A stretch of 63,422 nt of DNA, the filler included, from Octopus bimaculoides (taxonomy: Eukaryota), in assembly GCF_001194135.2 (NCBI RefSeq). It is 7 parts of 7 records of this genome, joined end to end, with 100 filler letters (N's around TTAATTAATTAA, not from the genome) between each part and the next. Parts side by side here need not be neighbours in the genome. Positions count along the whole stretch, not along the records: positions 43,219 to 53,327 come from NC_069009.1; positions 53,428 to 63,422 come from NC_068996.1; 5 more parts are not named here. One strand, written 5' to 3'. Shown here in pieces: positions 51,160-63,422 of this stretch. How positions within the stretch are numbered: the stretch's first letter is position 1; every line of letters starts with the position of its first letter. The notes beneath the pieces are model-generated. The model saw nothing but the letters and a program-made list of their open reading frames with translations. It had not been told where the DNA came from and searched no databases. A program made the position numbers and the translations under genes.

Positions 51160-52620
51160 GCCTGTCGTTAATTTTAATCTGTATGGAGACCGTAGTTGGG
51201 AGCAGTAATCTAAAATGGCTGAGGACAAATGTCTTCCAGAGGACCATCACAGTTTCCTGTACTCTCCTTCTGAAAGTCCTAAGGATCCAATTGGGCCCCC
51301 ATCTGAATTTTATTGCCAACTTAGTAATATGCACCTTGAAAGATGCATTGATACTCATGTCGATGCCCAAGTCACACACTGATTTTGATTCAAGGAATGC
51401 AATCCCTCCTGGGCCGGTGCATCCTGTCTATTTTGCATTTAGTTTCTTGTGTTGGTACTGCAGGGCTTGGAATTTCCTAGCATTAACCCTTTAGTGTTTA
51501 AACCAGCCATATCCGCCCCAATATATTCTACATGTTTTATATTCAAACTGGCCATATCTAGCCTCCCACACCTAACCGACACTGACATTCTAAAAATAAA
51601 CAATTACCTCACTGAAACCTCAAAGCTATAAGATAATGCATGATTAATTCAAAACAATTTGAGTGAAAAAGTATTACATTTAACAGAGTAATCTAAACAC
51701 TAAAGAGTTAAACTGCATCTTATTTTCCTCAGCCCACCTGTATATTGTATTCAACTCCTGTTGCAGATGCGCAATATCTCCAGGGTTCTGAATCCTCTGC
51801 GAGACTTTTGTGTCATCCAGATAGCTAGCAAGGGTGGCTATCCGAGGAGCTGAGGGAATGCCTGAGAAAGCCACTACAAATAGCAGCGGCCCCAAGACAG
51901 TGCCCTGTAGGGCACCAATTGTTATTTGTGTTTCCTTGGAGGTAACCTCGTTGGCCACCACTACCAGACTTCTATCTTTTAGGAAGTCATGTAGCCATTT
52001 TACAAGTTCTCTGACAATGCTGTGATCATACAGCTTGTGACATATTATACCATGGTCAATTTTATTAATGGCTTTTGCAAAATCGAGATATATTGCATCC
52101 ATATTTGAGTTGTTGAGTAGCTGCTTTAACACCTAGTCATAGTGCTGCAAGAGCTGTGTCAGGCAGCTTCTACCTGGTTGAAAGCCATGCTGGGTGTCAG
52201 TCAGCACATCATTCTCTTCAAGGAATGCAATTAGTTTCCTTTGGAATATTTGTTCCATGACTTTGATGTGTGAAGTTAGAGAGATAGGCCTACAGATTTT
52301 AGCATCTGCCACATGGTCTCTCAGGAAGGCAATTTTGGTTCTGTTACTGATTTGTAATAATCCTCTGATGTTCATTAAGAATATTGGTGTGACATTTGTG
52401 GCAATTCTAATGGTAGCCACCCTGGATCCATTGGCTGTAGTGGTCTTGTATGTTGGTGGAGATGGGCCCGACCCTGGAATTGATGTAGCCAGGTCAGTCA
52501 CTGTAGTCTTTTGTGCCACACATAAAAAAGATTTTTGCACAGCTGCAGCCCTTATGACAGCTTCTGAATAGGGTTGGTTGTTAGGGGTAGTATGTACTAC
52601 AGTGGTGTATTTTAGCTTTG
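51160..52620 (-). mobile_element. CR1-clade LINE fragment (RT), internally deleted and interrupted by a MITE
   Basis: MNIRGLL (APE start) joined to CRPISLTS, QHGFQPGRSCLTQLL, DAIYLDFAKA, LQGTVLGPLLF, YLDDTKV, MQFN. Confidence 0.92.
51487..51707. mobile_element. 221-bp piggyBac-type MITE with TTAA TSD
   Basis: TTAA|CCCTTTAGTGTTTA...TAAACACTAAAGAG|TTAA. Removing it restores the CR1 frame MQFNARKFQALQY. Confidence 0.92.
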
Positions 52621-52665
52621 ATGTGGGTGATACACAGCTTATACATACATACATATACATATATA

Positions 52666-52840
52666 GGGAGAATTCACAAAAAATAAAAACAACAAAAGAC
52701 GAAGACAGGTGGTGTAGAAAACAAACAGATGTATTAGTATAACGCTCGGGAATTGAAAAAGTCTTTAATGTTTCGAGCCTATGCTCTTCCACAGAAAGGA
52801 ACACAGAAAGAAACAAGGAGAAAAACACAGAGAGAAAAAA
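52666..52840 (-). mobile_element. PLE terminal-repeat relic with non-canonical HHR-like motif
   Basis: CTTT CTGTGGAA GAGC ATAG GCTC GAAACATT AAAG at about 52763-52798. Confidence 0.55.
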
Positions 52841-53296
52841 AGGGAATATACACACACACACACACACACATATATACAAACTGCACAAGCACTTGATCTT
52901 TACTATGCCATCTTTACTATGCTATTTCTAACAGGCCAAATGTGCTTTCCTCTGCATAGAAACCTTGTCAATAATTCTCTATAAAAATGGTTAATTGCTG
53001 ATGCATATTTGCAGTATATGCAAATAGGTTCCATCGCACAAAGTGCAACATAATGTGCACCAATGCAAATTTCCTTTCACATGTAAATAACTATTTTCAT
53101 ACTAAGACAGCGGCTGTCATTTTGGGGTTGTTTACTGGATTCTGAAGACAGTTCACTCCTTCTCTCTCTTTTTCATTCACTCTCTTCCCTTTTTTCTCTT
53201 CCTCTCTGTCTCCTTCCTTTTCTTTCTCTGTCTCCTTCCCTTTCTCCCTCCTTCCTTAGACACCTGTCTCTCTCTCTCTCTCTCTCTTTAGATATA

Positions 53297-53327
<31 letters not shown>

Positions 53328-53427
53328 NNNNNNNNNNNNNNNNNNNNNNNNNNNNNNNNNNNNNNNNNNNNTTAATTAATTAANNNNNNNNNNNNNNNNN
53401 NNNNNNNNNNNNNNNNNNNNNNNNNNN

Positions 53428-53730
53428 CTAGCTTGCCACCTCTAGCACTCAGCACACACTATAAAGTGGTTGGCATTAGGAAGGGCATCCAGCTGTAGAA
53501 ACCAGGCCAAATCAGACTGGAACCTGGTGCAACTCTCTAGCTTGCCACCTCTAGCACTCAGCACACACTATAAAGTGGTTGGCATTAGGAAGGGCATTCA
53601 GCTGTAGAAACCCAGGCCAAGTCAGACTGGAACTTACTGCAGCTCTCCAGCTTGCCAGTGCTGGTCAAAACCATTCAGCCAATGCTAGCATGGAAAGTAG
53701 ACATTAAGAGATGATGATGATGATGATGAT
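53428..53730 (+). mobile_element. RTE 3' UTR with an internal 109-bp tandem duplication
   Basis: CTAGCTTGCCACCTCTAGCACTCAGC at 53428 and 53537; (ATG)n tail. Confidence 0.85.
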
Positions 53731-54165
53731 GCATATATGCATGTACATCTGTACCTCTACTGTTACTCATATTTTATTCACCTATCTCCGAGTCTACCCT
53801 TTGTAAATATTATGGACTGTATATTGAATATAATGTACATGTCTGAATAGCTGAAGAGTGGATTTCTTCACTCAGCTGGGTCTAATTGTCTACATACAAT
53901 GCAAGAATATCATTTGGCTGGTACCTAAGTACCAAGTTTGGTATTTGCATAATATTGTTGTGTATGTGTGTATATTATTCTGACCTAACGAGGTGCCTCA
54001 ATTTAAGTACCTAATTCAACTGAATCGTATATATATATATACTTGGAAATGGATGTGTCACATTCAATTAAATAATAAATGATATAATATTTGTATATAT
54101 ATATATATATATATAAATATGTATGTAAATATATATCTATATATCTATATCTATCTATCTATCTT

Positions 54166-54230
<65 letters not shown>

Positions 54231-54256
54231 ATATATATATATATATATGTATATGC

Positions 54257-54287
<31 letters not shown>

Positions 54288-54404
54288 TGTATATACACAC
54301 ATATACGTTTGTTTTCATTCAGTTTCCTTGCATGTCTCCACTCATTTTTTTGTTTCCAACTTTGAGCCTCCTTAAATCCTAAATTTTATTTTAGAATTTA
54401 TGGA

Positions 54405-54600
54405 AGCAACTGTCTTTGAAGACTCATATTGTCATTGTATGCTCGAAATGAGGAATAGATAGACAGCCAACGACTGATGAAGAGTCCTTTCTTTGTGTTA
54501 ATTTGTCCTGTTTTCCATTTTTTTCTCACTGTTTACGTATTTCATGTTGTTTGCACCGTTGGTGACGTCCTGTACCCATATATGCATGTGTGTGTGTGTA
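54405..54600 (+). mobile_element. Probable PLE terminal-repeat relic
   Basis: TTGAAGA...TATGCTC GAAATG followed by ...ACTGATGAAG block; a similar block is reversed at 56620-56660. Confidence 0.4.
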
Positions 54601-54756
54601 TGTATATATATATATATATATATATANNNNNNNNNNNNNNNNNNNNNNNNNNNNNNNNNNNNNNNNNNNNNNNNNNNNNNNNNNNNNNNNNNNNNNNNNN
54701 NNNNNNNNNNNNNNNNNNNNNNNNNNNNNNNNNNNNTTATATATATATTATCATCA

Positions 54757-55110
54757 TCATCGTTTAATGTTCACTTTCCATGCTGGCATGGGTTGGACAG
54801 TTTGACTGAGGACTAGCAAGCCAGCAGGCTGCACCAGGCTCCAATCTGATCTGGCAGAGTTTCTACAGCTGGATGCCCTTCCTAACGCCAACCACTCTGA
54901 GAGTGTAGTGAGTGCTTTTTATGTGCCCCCAGCATGGGAGCCAGTCAGGCGGCACTGGCATTGACCACATGCAGATGGTACTTTCTATGTGCCACTGACA
55001 TAGGAGCCAGTCAGGCAGCACTGGCATTGACCCATGCTCAAATGGTATTTATTACGTGCCATCAGTACGGGTGCCAGTCAGGTGATACTGGCATTGGCCA
55101 TTCCTCTCTA
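54757..55110 (-). mobile_element. RTE 3' UTR fragment
   Basis: CGTTTAATGTTCACTTTCCATGCTGGCATGGGTTGG...; repeated GCCAGTCAGG units. Confidence 0.9.
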
Positions 55111-55185
55111 TCTTATGAAAGTTAGTCTCTACTTCAATTTGGCCCACAAAATTTAGTTTAAGCTTTAATCTAGCCTTCAAAGCTG

Positions 55186-55374
55186 CCTATATAGTTACTC
55201 AACCTGCTGCAAAATAGTAGCCAAATCTCCCTCAAATCCCACCTTACTATCTGTCAAGTACACAATTCTGAAATAAAGATATAATGACCATGGTAAGAAT
55301 ACCTTTGATCAAAGATGAGCTTAATCAGGGCTGACTTGGGAGTCATAGAACAACAACAACAACAACAACAACAA
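55186..55374 (+). mobile_element. Tenth copy of the ~85-nt structured repeat, continuing to an (AAC)n tail
   Basis: CTGCTG CAAAA TAGTAG CCAAAT CTCCCTC AAATCCCACC; (AAC)n at 55349-55374. Confidence 0.6.
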
Positions 55375-55514
55375 TGAAAGGCTTTCGTTTCCAAGAAAAG
55401 GGCAGACTCGATGATACTTGAGTATAATGTACAATGTTGTGTGGTTGAGCTATGTGCAATGAATGTAGAGGATATGCAAAAGCTGGAAAGAAATGGGAAG
55501 AAATCAAGCCAGCA

Positions 55515-55642
55515 TTCTATACAGTTCTATGTTTAAGAGATGAGGAATTATGTACATTATTTACATTATTTACATTTGACGGATATTTGTCCTCATCTTG
55601 TTTGTTGTTAACACAACGTTTCAGCTGATATACCCTCCAGCC
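55515..55642 (-). mobile_element. Penelope terminal repeat (same family as 34928-35439), cut by a gap inside the HHR
   Basis: Minus strand: GGCTGGAGGGTATATCAGCT GAAACGTT GTGTTAACAACAAACAAGATGAGG. Confidence 0.9.
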
Positions 55643-57077
55643 NNNNNNNNNNNNNNNNNNNNNNNNNNNNNNNNNNNNNNNNNNNNNNNNNNNNNNNNNN
55701 NNNNNNNNNNNNNNNNNNNNNNNNNNNNNNNNNNNNNNNNNNNNNNNNNNNNNNNNNNNNNNNNNNNNNNNNNNNNNNNNNNNNNNNNNNNNNNNNNNNN
55801 NNNNNNNNNNNNNNNNNNNNNNNNNNNNNNNNNNNNNNNNNNNNNNNNNNNNNNNNNNNNNNNNNNNNNNNNNNNNNNNNNNNNNNNNNNNNNNNNNNNN
55901 NNNNNNNNNNNNNNNNNNNNNNNNNNNNNNNNNNNNNNNNNNNNNNNNNNNNNNNNNNNNNNNNNNNNNNNNNNNNNNNNNNNNNNNNNNNNNNNNNNNN
56001 NNNNNNNNNNNNNNNNNNNNNNNNNNNNNATTACATCATCAATACATAGCATAACATTGCGTAACAATAAATTCAATGGCATATAACAATAGCGCATGCA
56101 ACATAATCAAAGGTTTACCATCATTACATAAACAAGAGTTCGTACATCAAGTCCATTAAAAGTTCTTTTACTTCTTTGTTTATCACAAATAGGGTGCTAC
56201 CTTACCCCCTCCCAAAGCTGGGTCAGTTCAGTACAATTCCTATCTTGTTTTTCTGAACTTTCACTGACCGGAAAGGGTCAGCGATCACTCCTACGCTAAA
56301 AATAGCTGTGGTTGTTGACAAGACAAAGGAAATGCCATTATGCTCAACAACCAGAATACGGTTTCAAAACCCAGCTCGGGAGATAGGGATATAACATTAA
56401 TTTGTTTTTCAGTGGTCGCATCAATATATTATCATCATGTTCTCGTTTCTAAATATGTATGTGTATATACATGCATATATGGGTACAGGACATCAAAAAA
56501 ACATAGACAAAATGAGAAACGAGAACATAAAAAACAAAAACATTGAAAACGACTTTTTTTTCAAACAACGAAAGAAACAAACAAACAAAGAAACGAGACA
56601 TGCAACATAAAGAACAATCCCTTCATCAATTGTCCCCTGTTTTATCTACTCTGCATTTCGAAGGTAGGGATAAAATGCTATTTCATTAAAAAAGTCCTTC
56701 CTGCAAAGCAAATTAAATAAAATTTGGGATTTTTTGTGGAGGGTGAAAGGGGTAACAAAAACAGGACAGTGAGAACAAAACATATATATAATTAAAGAGC
56801 TAAATTCAGAAACAAAGAGTAGGTCAATCAACAAATTCCCAGACGCAAAATTTTAAACATATTCTTAAAAATACACATACATTAATACAATTTGATACAG
56901 ATCAATAGATCTATGTATATAAAAGCACCACATATCAATACCTAGATAAAATTATAGATTAAAAGAATGTAAAGATATTTGAGGTGTAAATTAAGTAAAA
57001 CATATAAGGATATCTAAAACAATAGTTAATGTACAATAAAAAATGCACCTATTTATGCAAACTAACCAATAAGGAAG

Positions 57078-57530
57078 TTTCTTATTTCTTTATTGCCCAC
57101 AAGGGGCTAAACATAGAGGGGACAAACAAGGACAGACAAACGGATTAAGTCGATTATATCGACCCCAGTGCATAACTGGTACTTATTTAATCGACCCCAA
57201 AAGGATGAAAGGCAAAATCAACCTCGGCGGAATTTAAACTCAGAATGTAGCGACAGACGAAATACCGCTAAACATTTCGACCGGAATGCTAACGTTTCTT
57301 ATTTCTTTATTGCCCACAAGGGGCTAAATATAGAGGGGACAAACAAGGACAGACAAAGGGATTAAGTCGATTATATCAATCCAGTGTGTAACTGGTACTT
57401 ATTTAATTGACCCCGAGAGGATGAAAGGCAAAGTTGACCTCGGCGGAATTTGAACTCAGAACGTAACGGCAGACGAAATACCGCTAAGCATTTCGTCCAG
57501 AGTGCTAACGTTTCTGCCAGCTCGCCGCCT
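57078..57530 (-). mobile_element. Tandem pair of SINE type B
   Basis: TTTCTTATTTCTTTATTGCCCACAAGGGGC at about 57078 and 57295; only the right copy keeps the 5' GGCGGCGAGCTGGCAG. Confidence 0.95.
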
Positions 57531-57914
57531 TACGGAAGTTTCTGTGATCGTTTAACCTACTGTAAATATCAGCCAAATGACTTTCAGTCTACATCTCAGA
57601 ATCTCAAATCAAAAACAAAAAAAAAAAAAAAGGGGTGGGGGGGAATGAAAAGGGATAATACAATTTGCTGATAGTGTAGTAATGTATGTAAAAAGCGGTG
57701 AGATGTTCATGGTTGGAACAACTAAATTTTTAACATAGCTTTACTTAATTGACATTTTGACCTGCAGCTAAACAACAACATACATGTATACACATGATTA
57801 TCATTGACATTGGCATTGTTGCATTGTTTTGGCATTGTTTTTTTTTTTTAATGTTCCTCTAGTCTAACACAGTAGCCTCTTTTTCCTTATTGTTGTTATT
57901 GGTGTCAGCATTGA

Positions 57915-57922
57915 CAGCATTG

Positions 57923-57965
<43 letters not shown>

Positions 57966-58125
57966 TGCTACCACCATTACCATCATCATTACCATTATCA
58001 TCATTATCATCATCATCATCAACATCTTCATTACCACCACTACCGCTGCCGCCGCCACCACTATCACCACCGCTGGCACCTCCTCCCCATCTCCTCCTCC
58101 TCATCATCATACTACCACCATCATG
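57915..58125. repeat. Imperfect (ATC)n/(ACC)n tract
   Basis: Direct reading. Confidence 0.9.
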
Positions 58126-58228
58126 ATTACATTACATAATCAAGCTACAATGTATTCCATTTTCAAGGAGGGGAAACTCCTCTACATTTTGTCAGCTATC
58201 AGATGGAAACTGAAAGAAGCCCATTGTT

Positions 58229-58264
<36 letters not shown>

Positions 58265-58265
<1 letters not shown>

Positions 58266-59529
58266 CAGGTTGGTGCAAAGGTAATGACCAACTTTTTAGA
58301 AAACAGTTTTAGATAGTATTTTTTAAAATTGTGCTTCTTGCAATGTTTTAAGAATGTCACAATGATTATTTTATACATTTTTCTTTCAGATTCTGATTGT
58401 ATTGGCCATAATCTTCTGCTATATTCACACCAATGTTCGTCCCATCTAAAGATCACATTAGGCATGTCTTACTCTATGAGTTTCATAAAGGTGTCAATGC
58501 TAGCACACCATCTAAGTCTCTTCAGAGAGTTTATGGGGATGATGTAGTGAATGAAAGAAGTTGCAGGAGATGGTTTTCTTGCTTCAGAAGTGGTGATTTG
58601 AGTTTGAAAGATGAGCCAAGAGAAGGTTGTTCAAAATAACTTGATTCCAAAGAGTTGGAAGCTGTTGTCAGAGAAAATCCAATCGCTATTTGTAGAGAAC
58701 TTGCATAACAGTTTAACGTAACTCATACAACTGTTCTATGCCAATTGAAAAGGATCGGAAAGGTTTCAGTAGTTGGAAAATGGGTCCTTCATGAACTGCT
58801 TCTGCAGCAGTGTGTTGTTGTTGTCAGTCATTGCTTTCACGACACCTTAAGGGACCATTTTTAGGAAGGTTTGTTACAGGTGATGCTAAGTGGATTGTTT
58901 AACATAACGTTAAATGTCACCGATTGTGGATCAGTTGAGGTGGAAAACCTGTTCAACAACCAAAAGGAGGACTTCGTCCAAGGAAGATCATGTTGAGTGT
59001 ATGGTGAGATACTGAAGGAATTGTCTATTACGAACTGTTAGACAACAATCAAACAATTACTGCTAATCTCTACTGTGGTCAACGTCATCATTTGAAAGCA
59101 GCTTTGAACAGAAAGTGACCCTGCTTAGTCAACAGGAAGGGTGTCATCTTCCACCATGATAATGCTCGTCTTCAAACAGCTCGACTGACCAATGATCTCT
59201 TGGAAGAGCTTGGTTGGGAAATATTGCTTCATCCTCCATATTCTCCAGACCTTGCTCCTTCTGATTATCACTTGTTTTGGGAAGTACAGAACCATTGGAA
59301 TGGTCTTAGGTTGACATCAAGAGAAGAGCTTGAAAAGGAGTTGGATTCATATTTCACATCAAAACCTAAACAATTTTACAAGCATTACATTCATAAGTTT
59401 GTTGTCAGATGGAATGAAGTTCTAGAAAGCAATGAAAATTATGTTAACAAATATATATTGTCTTAATCATGGGCTTAATCATTTTTAATTAAGACCTTAA
59501 AATCAGCCATTACCTTTGCACCAACCTAA
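58265..59529 (+). mobile_element. Complete decayed mariner (DD34D) with Hsmar1-like TIRs
   Basis: TIR T(C/T)AGGTTGGTGCAAAGGTAATG at both ends; HIRHVLLYEF, GDLSLKDEPR, VTGDAKW, HHDNAR...HPPYSPDLAPSDYHLF with 34-residue spacing. Confidence 0.95.
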
Positions 59530-60251
59530 TATATGTACATATATCATGTGTGTGTCTGTGTTTGATCCCTAACTACTGCTTGACAACCAGAGTTGGCGTG
59601 TTTACATCCCTGTAACTTAGCAATTAGGCAAAATAAACTGATAAGATAAGTACCATATTTAAAAGACAAGTACTAAGGTCGATATGTCTTCCTCGTTTTA
59701 AGATAGCAGTCTGTATCAGCAGTTATTTTTGCTAAGCCAAATGACCGTGTACATATTCCTTATTTGTTTCATAAGTAATTTGTTTCTTCAGTTTGATGCG
59801 TCAGTGATTAGCCATATAAGTGAGATCTTTAGCTTAGATCAAAGTACACATTTCTTATGTAAACACAGCTTTGACATTCATGCTCAGCTTCACATCACTT
59901 CACGCATATTTGACTGCTTTAAAGAAAAAGGCTGTTAATTGAATAGCAACAGCTTAATTTAATCAATTAATACCTAAGCACTTTACTGTTGAGTGGTTAA
60001 GAAGATTGTGATGCCATCATGAAGTTAATGGTTTGATCTCAGAGCATGATTTCTAGGGCAAATGTCATTTTAGTATTGGTTTCATTCAACTCAAGGTTTG
60101 TGAGTGAAATTGGGTAGAATGTAAACATATGTGGAAGCCTGTTAGAAGGACTCAGCATGACTACAGAAGTGTCCCTAACCCACCAACTTTGTTTCCTCAT
60201 AACTTTCTAGAGAATGGATATTTCTTGATGAAATTTTCTGCAAAGATAGCC

Positions 60252-60394
60252 GCAGGTGTGGCTGTGTGGTAAGAAGATTGCTTCCCGACCACATGGTTCT
60301 GGGTTCAGTCCCACTGTGTGGCACCTTCGCAAATGACTTGAGCAAACAAAGCCTTGTGAATGGATTTGGTAGACGGAAACTGAAAGAAAACCAT

Positions 60395-60430
<36 letters not shown>

Positions 60431-60695
60431 TATACACACACACACACACACACATATATATGTATGTATTTATATCTATGTGTGTATATCTTTCAATCTG
60501 TGTTTGTCCCTCTACCACCACTTGACAACCAGTGTTGGTGTGTTTGCATCCCCATAACTTTGTGGTTCAGCAAAAGAGAATAGGTACCAGATTTAAGAAA
60601 TAAGTACTGGGGTTGAATCATTCAACAGACAATACTTCAAGGCAGTGCTCCAGCATGGCTGGAGTCTAATGACTGGAACAAGTAAAAGATAAAAG
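60252..60695 (+). mobile_element. Full-length SINE type A
   Basis: Head, internal (TA)n/(CA)n and tail all present. Confidence 0.9.
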
Positions 60696-60920
60696 AAAAA
60701 GATAAACATATGTTTCAGATGGTGTGGGTCATGGATACAGCAGAATTTGCTGTGAGAATCATTTTGCTTTTATTTGTTTCCTCATAACTTTCTGGAAAAT
60801 AGGTATTTTTTTAATCAAAATTTTCCACAAATATGTTCCAGAGATGTTGTGGAAATTTTCCAGAGATACCAGCATAATTAGCAAAAAGAAAAAAAAAATT
60901 ATCACACTATTTTTCTGAGG

Positions 60921-60954
<34 letters not shown>

Positions 60955-61290
60955 NNNNNNNNNNNNNNNNNNNNNNNNNNNNNNNNNNNNNNNNNNNNNN
61001 NNNNNNNNNNNNNNNNNNNNNNNNNNNNNNNNNNNNNNNNNNNNNNNNNNNNNNNNNNNNNNNNNNNNNNNNNNNNNNNNNNNNNNNNNNNNNNNNNNNN
61101 NNNNNNNNNNNNNNNNNNNNNNNNNNNNNNNNNNNNNNNNNNNNNNNNNNNNNNNNNNNNNNNNNNNNNNNNNNNNNNNNNNNNNNNNNNNNNNNNNNNN
61201 NNNNNNNNNNNNNNNNNNNNNNNNNNNNNNNNNNNNNNNNNNNNNNNNNNNNNNNNNNNNNATATATAATATATGTATATATATGCATAC

Positions 61291-61327
<37 letters not shown>

Positions 61328-61410
61328 GGTGAGAAAGTTGGTATATATATAGAGAGATAGATAGATAGATAGATATAGCCTGTGCCTATATGTATGCACA
61401 TACATATATA

Positions 61411-62345
61411 TCACCATCATCATCATCATCGTCGTTTAACGTCTGCTTTCCATGCTGGCATGGGCTGGACGGTTTGACTGAGGGCTGGCGAGCCAGGAGG
61501 CTGCACCAGGCTCCAATCCAATCTGTCAATATTTCTACAGCTGGATGCCCTTCCTAACGCCAACCACTCCGAGAGTGTAGTAGGTGCTTTTTACATGCCA
61601 TTAGCATGAGGGCCAGTCAAGTGGCACTGGCAACGACTACATTCTAATGGTGCTTTTTACGTGCCACTGGCACAGGACCAGTCAGGCAGCACTGGCATAG
61701 GCCATGGTTACGGTCTCACTTGGCTTGCCAGGTCTTCTCAGCATATCTCCAAAGGTCTTGGTCACTTGTCATCACCTTAGTGAGGCCCAATGTTCAAAGG
61801 CTGTGCTTCACTACCTCATCCCAGGTCTTCCTGGGTCTACCTCTTCCTGGGTCTACCTCTTCCAGAGGTTCTCTCCACTGTTAGGGTCTGACATTTTTTC
61901 ACACAGCTGTCCTCATCCATATGCAGCACATGACCATACCAGTGCAGTCGTCTCTCTTGCATACCACATCTGATGCTTCTTAAGTCCAACTTTTCTCTCA
62001 GGGAGCTTACACTCTGTCGTGTATGCACACTGACATTACACATCCAGCGGATCATACTAGCTCATTCCTTGCAAGCTTACGCATGTTCTCAGCAGTCACG
62101 GCCCAAGTTTCACTGCCATATAGCATGACTGTTCACACATATGCATCATACAGTCTACTTTTTACTCTGTGCGAGAGGCCCTTTGTCACCAGCAGAGGTA
62201 GGAGCTCTCTGAACTTTACCCAGGCTATTCTTATTCTTATTCTAGCAGCTACACTCTCAGAGCAACCACCCTTGCTACTGACTTGGTTACCTAGGTAATG
62301 GAAGCTATCAACTACTTCTAGTTTTTGTCCCTGGAATGTTATGGA
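61411..62345 (-). mobile_element. RTE/BovB-clade LINE 3' end (ORF C-terminus + 3' UTR + (ATG)n)
   Basis: DSFHYLG, RIRIAWVKFRELLPLL, LLYGSETWA-like, RRLHWYGHV, RGRPRK. Confidence 0.93.
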
Positions 62346-62451
62346 AGCTGTTTTCTGCACATTTTCAGTGTTTATTGTAAAATTGTAAAATTTTAAAAAT
62401 AGCAAATAATAAAATGCAAAAATCATACTTAGTTGGAATTTCATTCATTAA

Positions 62452-62570
62452 TGTGTGTGAAGGGCTACGCCCGAAACGTCATACACTCTCTCTTTCCTTT
62501 CCCGAGCGTCCAATAACACTATCCGTATCACGTCCTCACTTTGTTGTTTTTTTGTTATTGTTTTTTTGAA

Positions 62571-62575
<5 letters not shown>
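62452..62575 (+). mobile_element. PLE terminal-repeat relic with degenerate HHR
   Basis: GTGTG TGAA GGGC TAC GCCC GAAACGTC ATACAC; tail similar to 29250-29310. Confidence 0.55.
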
Positions 62576-62626
<51 letters not shown>

Positions 62627-62629
<3 letters not shown>

Positions 62630-63300
62630 GCATACTTCAGCTTAAGTCATTTTGATTTAAGTCATTCTCAATTATATGTCAGTTTTCAAAAATAATATAT
62701 GGAAAAATAAAAATCAAGTTAAGTCATTTTACTCAACTTTATGTCTGTTTGCCAGAAATATTGGAATCATAAAATCACTAGAAAACCGTTAAAAGCACAT
62801 ATAATCATGTTACTGTACAATAAATAACAATAAAAGCATATAAAAATCATATTAAAATATGTACAGTAAATGTTAAGATACACACCATAAAGTAGTGTAG
62901 CTTAGTGAACAAAATCATGAAATCAGATGTGTTGTCTTGTTTATTGATCTTTCAGAGCTCATATTGCACTGTAGTTCCAGTATCTACCATTAGTCATCGT
63001 TGTCACTCATGATTCCTGCAATTCTTTTGAATTCTGATTTGTTTACGTCTGTTTATTGGCTACTTTCCCATTCTCATTCATTTGTGACTTTATTTTTTGC
63101 CTCCAAGTCTCCTAAGAAAATTCATAGTGAAAGTGCAAAGCGTCATGCTATAACGCTGGAAGATAAACTGGCTATGATGAAACTCCACGAAAAAGGTGAA
63201 AAAGTAGTAGCAATTGCATGATCTTTTGGGATGAGTCGGACAACTGTATCGACGATTGTACATAACAATGACAAGATTTTAGCACAGATGGTTTTTATTA
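62627..63300 (+). mobile_element. pogo/Tigger DNA transposon 5' fragment
   Basis: TA|CAGGCATACTTCAGCTTAAG terminus; CENP-B-type HTH KRHAITLEDKLAMMKLHEKGEKVVAIA*SFGMSRTTVSTI. Confidence 0.85.
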
Positions 63301-63422
63301 ATCGTGTAATATTGAGAATGTATTCATGAATAAAGTACAGAACTGGGAATGGTTATCATCCGTTTAGCCTGGAAACAAGGAACCAATTAATGATGTATAT
63401 ACATGCTTGTATATATATATAT

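Noticed and set aside
53838-53880. Hammerhead at CTGAAGAGTGG...CACTC
   Set aside because: No GAAA after stem II.
59792-59938. Terminal exon candidate FDASVISHISEIF...KEKGC*
   Set aside because: Good acceptor, but no recognisable homology or supporting exons.

Overview
Eukaryotic, repeat-saturated genomic DNA with no host protein-coding gene I can support. The SINE families and the very high (TA)n/(CA)n/(ATC)n/(TAA)n microsatellite density strongly resemble an octopus (coleoid cephalopod) assembly; this is pattern recall, not a database result. There are many N gaps. Six are 100-bp artificial joins (44 N + TTAATTAATTAA + 44 N), so the window is at least seven stitched pieces. Nearly all ORFs in the track are microsatellite or N artefacts. 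Real content: a near-full-length decayed Tx1/L1-clade LINE; about ten R4/Dong-clade fragments, all on the minus strand; CR1 and RTE LINE fragments; Penelope-like (PLE) fragments with hammerhead-ribozyme (HHR) motifs; three tRNA-derived SINE types; two complete Tc1/mariner relics (DD37D, DD34D), a deleted mariner and a Tigger fragment; Helitron pieces; and two MITEs. The two best leads are RNA elements. (1) A clustered ~85-nt repeat with an HDV-ribozyme-like topology, one copy of which continues to an (AAC)n tail. (2) A Penelope terminal repeat carrying a tRNA-like Pol III promoter upstream of a minimal hammerhead, which also occurs as a TSD-flanked palindromic solo insertion. Both folds were drawn by eye and are untested.
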